DNA of 64,000 nt from Alphaproteobacteria bacterium (lineage in GTDB: Bacteria > Pseudomonadota > Alphaproteobacteria > Bin95), in assembly GCA_964291285.2 (NCBI GenBank), contig OZ219787.1:1568001-1632000 (forward strand), written 5' to 3'. Shown piece by piece: positions 59,857 through 64,000 of the stretch. The translations under genes were made by a program, and so were the position numbers. Positions within the stretch are counted from its first letter, which is position 1. Each line of letters opens with the position of its first letter. A model generated the notes under the pieces. The model did no database searches. It saw only the letters and a list, made by a program, of their open reading frames with translations, and was not told the origin of the DNA.

Positions 59857-60804
59857 TCAACCGTATTTGGCCGCATAGCCGCCGTCGGCCTGCGGTTCGA
59901 CGAAATGGACCAGCAGGCCGCCGCCGAAATTCGAGGGGTGGACGAAGCCGATCAGCGAGCCGCGCCCGCCGGGGCGGCCTTCGAGGTCGATCATGCGCCA
60001 GCCGTCATCGGCGAGCTTCGGCAGCAGCGCGTCGATATCGCGCGTGGCGAAGGCGACATGCGCAAGGCCCGGTCCCCGCCGCGCCACGAATTTCGCGATC
60101 GCGCTCTGGTCGCCCTTGGTGTTGCCCTTCTCCTCGCCGAGCCCGTCCCTCGGCGTCAGCGCCGGGTCGTAGTCCATCAGCATTTCGAGCTCGCAGTCGC
60201 CGATGGTGATGAACACGTCCCGCAGGCCGCCCAGGATCTCCGCCTGGCGCGAATGGTAGACCGCGCCGTATTTGTCGGAGACGAAGCTCTCCGTCACGTT
60301 GCGGATCTCGACATCGGTCTGCGTGCTTTCGACGGGGCAGCCGAGATTGTCCGAGAAGACGCGCACCGTGGCGTCATTGTCGTCCGTGGCGATGCCGAGA
60401 TGGTCGATCTTGTAGGCGGGGCCGTCGGCCGAGGGGATGTCCAGCGGTTCGATGAAGCGGGTGCGGATGCCGACGGTCTCCCGCGGGTCGATGACAACGA
60501 AGCGCCTGCCGTCCGGCCCCGCGCCCTCGGCCGTGACCGTGAGGCCGTGCGCGGCCGCGGCGGCGGCGGGGTCGGGTGCAGCCAGCGCCATGTGGTGGAC
60601 GCCCGGGAATTGCGGCTCTTCCAGGTAGGGATCGTAAGGATCGAATAGCGCCACCGCCGACCTGCCGACGCCGAAGAACGGAACGGGGCGGCCGCCGAGC
60701 GCGACATCGGTCCGCTCCAGGCCGAGCGAGCCGCCGAGGAACCGGCAGGCGGCCTCCACGTCGCGGGCGGCCAGCGCCAGATAGTTGAGCGCGTAACCGG
60801 CCAT
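59857..60804 (-). CDS. Two-domain VOC-family protein
   Basis: IDHLGIA, RGPGLAHVAF, GFVHP. Confidence 0.8.
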   Translation of the reverse strand: MAGYALNYLALAARDVEAACRFLGGSLGLERTDVALGGRPVPFFGVGRSAVALFDPYDPYLEEPQFPGVHHMALAAPDPAAAAAAHGLTVTAEGAGPDGRRFVVIDPRETVGIRTRFIEPLDIPSADGPAYKIDHLGIATDDNDATVRVFSDNLGCPVESTQTDVEIRNVTESFVSDKYGAVYHSRQAEILGGLRDVFITIGDCELEMLMDYDPALTPRDGLGEEKGNTKGDQSAIAKFVARRGPGLAHVAFATRDIDALLPKLADDGWRMIDLEGRPGGRGSLIGFVHPSNFGGGLLVHFVEPQADGGYAAKYG

Positions 60805-60807
60805 GGG

Positions 60808-61734
60808 TCAGACCTCCTCGCGCTGGACGAAATGCATCAGCACGCCGCCGATCATGGTGGGATGCATGAAACCGATGAGCGCGCGGCGGGAGCCCGGCCG
60901 GCCCACCGTGTCGATGGTCCGGTGGCCCGCCGCCCGGAGCTTCGCCAGCGATCCGGCCACGCCCGGCGTCTTGAAGGCGATGTGGTGCAACCCCGCGCCG
61001 CGCGCCGCGATGTAGCGCGCGATGGCGCTGCGGTCGCCGCGCGTGTTGCCGGCCGCGTCGTGCCGCGCGGAATCGACCTCGTTCCCAGTCGTCAGGTCCT
61101 GGATGAACTCCAGCTCCGTGTCGCCGACGGTGATGAAGGTGACCCGCATGCTGCCGACGAGGTGCGACGGCCTGGTGTGGAAGATGTAGTTGTAGGTGTC
61201 GGAGGTGAAATTCTCCGAGATCGTTTCGGTTTCGCTGTCGGTCTGCTGGCTCTCATAGACGCAGCCCAGCCTGTCGATGAACGCCTCGCGCGCCGCCCGG
61301 TTGTCGGAGGACGCAACGCCGAGATGGTCGATCCGCTCGACCATCTCGGACGAACCGGGACCGACGCCGAGCGGCGCCGCAAGGCGCGTGCGCACCCCGC
61401 CGGTCGCCTCGGGCGAAAGCGCCACCTGCGGCCCGCCGCCGAGGCCCTCCGAGACGCCGCCCGCCCTGGCGATGCCGGAGGCGTCGGCCGCGGCCTCCGG
61501 GTCGGCGGCGGCAATCGCCATATGGTGGACGCCCTTCTTCGCGTCCGGCCCGAGGAACGGGTCGTCCGGGCGGAAGAGGGCCAGCGCCGAGCACCCGACC
61601 GAGATGACCGGCACATGCGAGCCGCCGCAGGCGAAGTCCTGCCGCGGCAGCTCGAAATCCTTCTCGAAGATCGCCGCGCTGGCCTCCGGCTCATCGACGG
61701 CGAGCGCCACATAGGCAAGGTCGGGGGCGGTCAT
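60808..61734 (-). CDS. Two-domain VOC-family protein (paralogue of the downstream gene)
   Basis: IDHLGVA, RGAGLHHIAF, GFMHP. Confidence 0.8.
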   Translation of the reverse strand: MTAPDLAYVALAVDEPEASAAIFEKDFELPRQDFACGGSHVPVISVGCSALALFRPDDPFLGPDAKKGVHHMAIAAADPEAAADASGIARAGGVSEGLGGGPQVALSPEATGGVRTRLAAPLGVGPGSSEMVERIDHLGVASSDNRAAREAFIDRLGCVYESQQTDSETETISENFTSDTYNYIFHTRPSHLVGSMRVTFITVGDTELEFIQDLTTGNEVDSARHDAAGNTRGDRSAIARYIAARGAGLHHIAFKTPGVAGSLAKLRAAGHRTIDTVGRPGSRRALIGFMHPTMIGGVLMHFVQREEV

Positions 61735-61764
61735 GCGTCCTCCATGCAACCGTTCAGACAGGCC

Positions 61765-62541
61765 TCAGACGACCTCCAGTTCCACCGTGCCCAGCGCCTC
61801 GTGCGTATAGACGGCGCGGTTGCCGGCCTCAAGGAACTGGGTCGGGACGATGGAGCCGGTCATCACAAGCTCGCCGGCGCGGAGCGGCCGGCCGCGGGCG
61901 ATGGCGTTGTTAGCGAGCCAGGCAAGCGGCTCGAAGGGATGGCCCATGGCGTCGCCGCCCCGGCCCTCGCCCACGGACCTGCCGTCGATCTCCAGGCTGC
62001 CGCGCGCGCCCGCGAGGTCGAGCGCCTGCCAGTCGGAGATTTCCGGGCCGATCACCACGCCGCCGTTCCAGGCATTGTCGGCGATGAGCTCGAAGGCGTT
62101 CATGTTGTTGTAGTCGGCCTCGCGGTCGTCGATGAGCTCGAAGGCGGCCGCGACCGCGCCGACATGGGCGGCCACGCTTTCCCGCGTCCAAGGCCGGCCC
62201 GTGTCAGGAAGGTCGTCGGCGAGGTGCACCATCGCCTCGCATTCGAGGCCTATGCGCATCAGCGCCGAGCGCGGCAGACGCGCGGGCGAGTGGTGGACGC
62301 GCTCGGCGAAGATCGCGCCGGCGCAGGGCTGGTCTATGCCGGGCACGACGCGGCGCATGGCGGCGGAGGTCAGCGCCACCTTCCAGCCCGCGACCGGCCG
62401 GGCGAGGCCGGCGACCAGCGCCTCCTGCACCCGGTAGGCCTCGTCCTCGGACCCCGGCGCGATGCCGGCGGGCAGGCGCTCGAAACGCCGGCCCTCGCGG
62501 TGCGCGGCAAGCAGGAAGTCCGCCGCTGCCTGGACAGTCAC
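61765..62541 (-). CDS. 2-keto-4-pentenoate hydratase-like FAH-family protein
   Basis: GWKVALT, FELIDDR, IADNAWNGG, GHPFEPLAWLAN, TGS. Confidence 0.85.
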   Translation of the reverse strand: MTVQAAADFLLAAHREGRRFERLPAGIAPGSEDEAYRVQEALVAGLARPVAGWKVALTSAAMRRVVPGIDQPCAGAIFAERVHHSPARLPRSALMRIGLECEAMVHLADDLPDTGRPWTRESVAAHVGAVAAAFELIDDREADYNNMNAFELIADNAWNGGVVIGPEISDWQALDLAGARGSLEIDGRSVGEGRGGDAMGHPFEPLAWLANNAIARGRPLRAGELVMTGSIVPTQFLEAGNRAVYTHEALGTVELEVV

Positions 62542-62939
62542 ACACCCATCTCCTCGAACACCTTGGACGCCTCGCGGAACGCCTCGACCGCCGCCGGGAC
62601 GCCCGCATAGATGCCGACCTGCAGGAACACCTCGGCGATCTCCTCTTTGGTGACACCGTTGTTGAGGGCGCCGCGCGTGTGCAGGCGGAGTTCATGGGTG
62701 CGCCCGAGGGCGGCCAGCATGGTCAGGTTCATGATGCTGCGGGTCTTGTCCGGCAGGCCGTCGCGGCACCACACCGTGCCCCAGCAATATTCGGTGACGA
62801 ACTGCTGGAGCTGGTGGGCGAAATCGTCCTCCGCGCCCCGGGCGATGGAGGGGCCGACATACTCTTCGCCGAGCACCCGGCGGCGGGCCGCCAGGCCCTG
62901 TTCGAAGCCCGGCGTGCGATTGTAGCTGCTGAGGTCCAT
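62538..62939 (-). CDS. Carboxymuconolactone decarboxylase-family protein
   Basis: GLAARRRVLG, WGTVWCRDGL, IYAGVPA. Confidence 0.88.
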   Translation of the reverse strand: MDLSSYNRTPGFEQGLAARRRVLGEEYVGPSIARGAEDDFAHQLQQFVTEYCWGTVWCRDGLPDKTRSIMNLTMLAALGRTHELRLHTRGALNNGVTKEEIAEVFLQVGIYAGVPAAVEAFREASKVFEEMGV

Positions 62940-63012
62940 GATCTGGGTCGCTCCCGTTTCGGTCCCCCGCAGCAAAGCCCATTCGCGCCCTGCGCTCAAG
63001 CGGGCAGGGTGG

Positions 63013-64000
63013 TCAGGAGAGCACGGAGATCGTCTTCCGGCGGATGAGGTCGAAGTCGATGGCGGCGCCGAGGCCGGGCGCTTCCGGCGCATGGACGCGG
63101 CCGTCGCCGCCCACGACGATTTCCTCGGCGAGGCCGTAGCGGTGGGCGCCGTCGGGCATCAGCACCTCGAACATCTCCGTGTTCGGGATCGAGCAGATGA
63201 GGTGCAGGTTCGCCATGTTGTTCAGCGAATTGCCGCCGTGATGGACCTCGTAGGACATGTGGAAGGCCTCGGCGAGATGGGCGGTCTTGAGGCAGGCGGT
63301 GAGCCCGCCCTTCACCGCCACGTCGCCGCGCAGATAGTCGGTCGCCTGCAGGAGCAGCCAGGGCGCGTAGGCCTGGAAGCCGCCGGGGCTGTATTCCGTC
63401 GCGAGTATGGGGATGTCGAGCTTCTGGCGCAGCTTGACGTAGTTGGTGATGTCGTCGTCGGCGAGCGGGTCCTCGTACCAGTAGAAGCCGAGGCGCTCCG
63501 CCGCCCGGCCGACGCGCATCGCCGCCGGGTAGTCGTAGGACCAGGTGCTGTCCAGCATGATGCGGTAGTTGTCGCCGACCGCCTTGCGCACCGCTTCGCA
63601 GACGCGGATGTCCTCGTCGGGGTCGGTCGGCGGGTGGATCTTGTAGGCCTTCCAGTTCGCGTCGCGGAAGGAGACCGCCTCCTCGGCATAAGCCTCGGGC
63701 GAGGAGAGCACGGCGGAGCTGGCATAGGCGGGCGCGCTCGTGCGCACGGTGCCCATCAGCCGGTGGATCGGCAGGCCCGCCGCCTTGCCGGCAATGTCCC
63801 ATAGCGCGATATCGACCGCGCCGATGGCCCGCCAGGTGGTGTTGCGGTTGCGCGCCGTGAGCCCGAGATAGAGCCTCTCGCGGTCGAGCGGGTTCTCGCC
63901 CATCACCTGCGGCTTGAGGAAGCGGATGAGCGACTCGGCGTCGCTTGCCGCGCCCCGGCTGGCCGAACCGAGGAAGGCATGGCCCTCAATGCCGTCATCG
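63013..64000 (-). CDS. Mandelate racemase/enolase-superfamily protein (5' end outside the window)
   Basis: GAVDIALWDIAGK, YKIH, WYEDP, PGLG. Confidence 0.87.
   Translation of the reverse strand, partial: DDGIEGHAFLGSASRGAASDAESLIRFLKPQVMGENPLDRERLYLGLTARNRNTTWRAIGAVDIALWDIAGKAAGLPIHRLMGTVRTSAPAYASSAVLSSPEAYAEEAVSFRDANWKAYKIHPPTDPDEDIRVCEAVRKAVGDNYRIMLDSTWSYDYPAAMRVGRAAERLGFYWYEDPLADDDITNYVKLRQKLDIPILATEYSPGGFQAYAPWLLLQATDYLRGDVAVKGGLTACLKTAHLAEAFHMSYEVHHGGNSLNNMANLHLICSIPNTEMFEVLMPDGAHRYGLAEEIVVGGDGRVHAPEAPGLGAAIDFDLIRRKTISVLS

Overview
GC-rich alphaproteobacterial chromosomal window. The gene content (Fn3 autotransporter, Slam/TbpB-like cassettes) is reminiscent of sponge-associated lineages; this is inference only. 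The backbone carries ccmFED, paaABCDE, two NitT/TauT-type ABC transporters, photolyase, rsmE-gshA-amidase-pncA, tRNA-Glu, a reductive pyrimidine-degradation cluster and an uncharacterised catabolic cluster. The main discovery is two related copies of an ~8.2 kb mobile element (11038-19289 and 48819-57014). Each encodes two tandem, catalytically intact tyrosine recombinases and a porin, a TbpB-like surface lipoprotein and a Slam (type XI secretion) translocon. Each copy is inserted at an ACC-NNN-GAG site inside a different housekeeping ORF, in the same orientation and codon phase, and removing it restores an intact gene. The recombinases and Slam are nearly identical between copies, whereas the lipoprotein is a hypervariable mosaic. 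Simple-sequence tracts (a G7 frameshift, GAGGCGC x7 vs x14, and a heptamer frameshift in a neighbouring autotransporter leader) suggest phase and antigenic variation of the cell surface.
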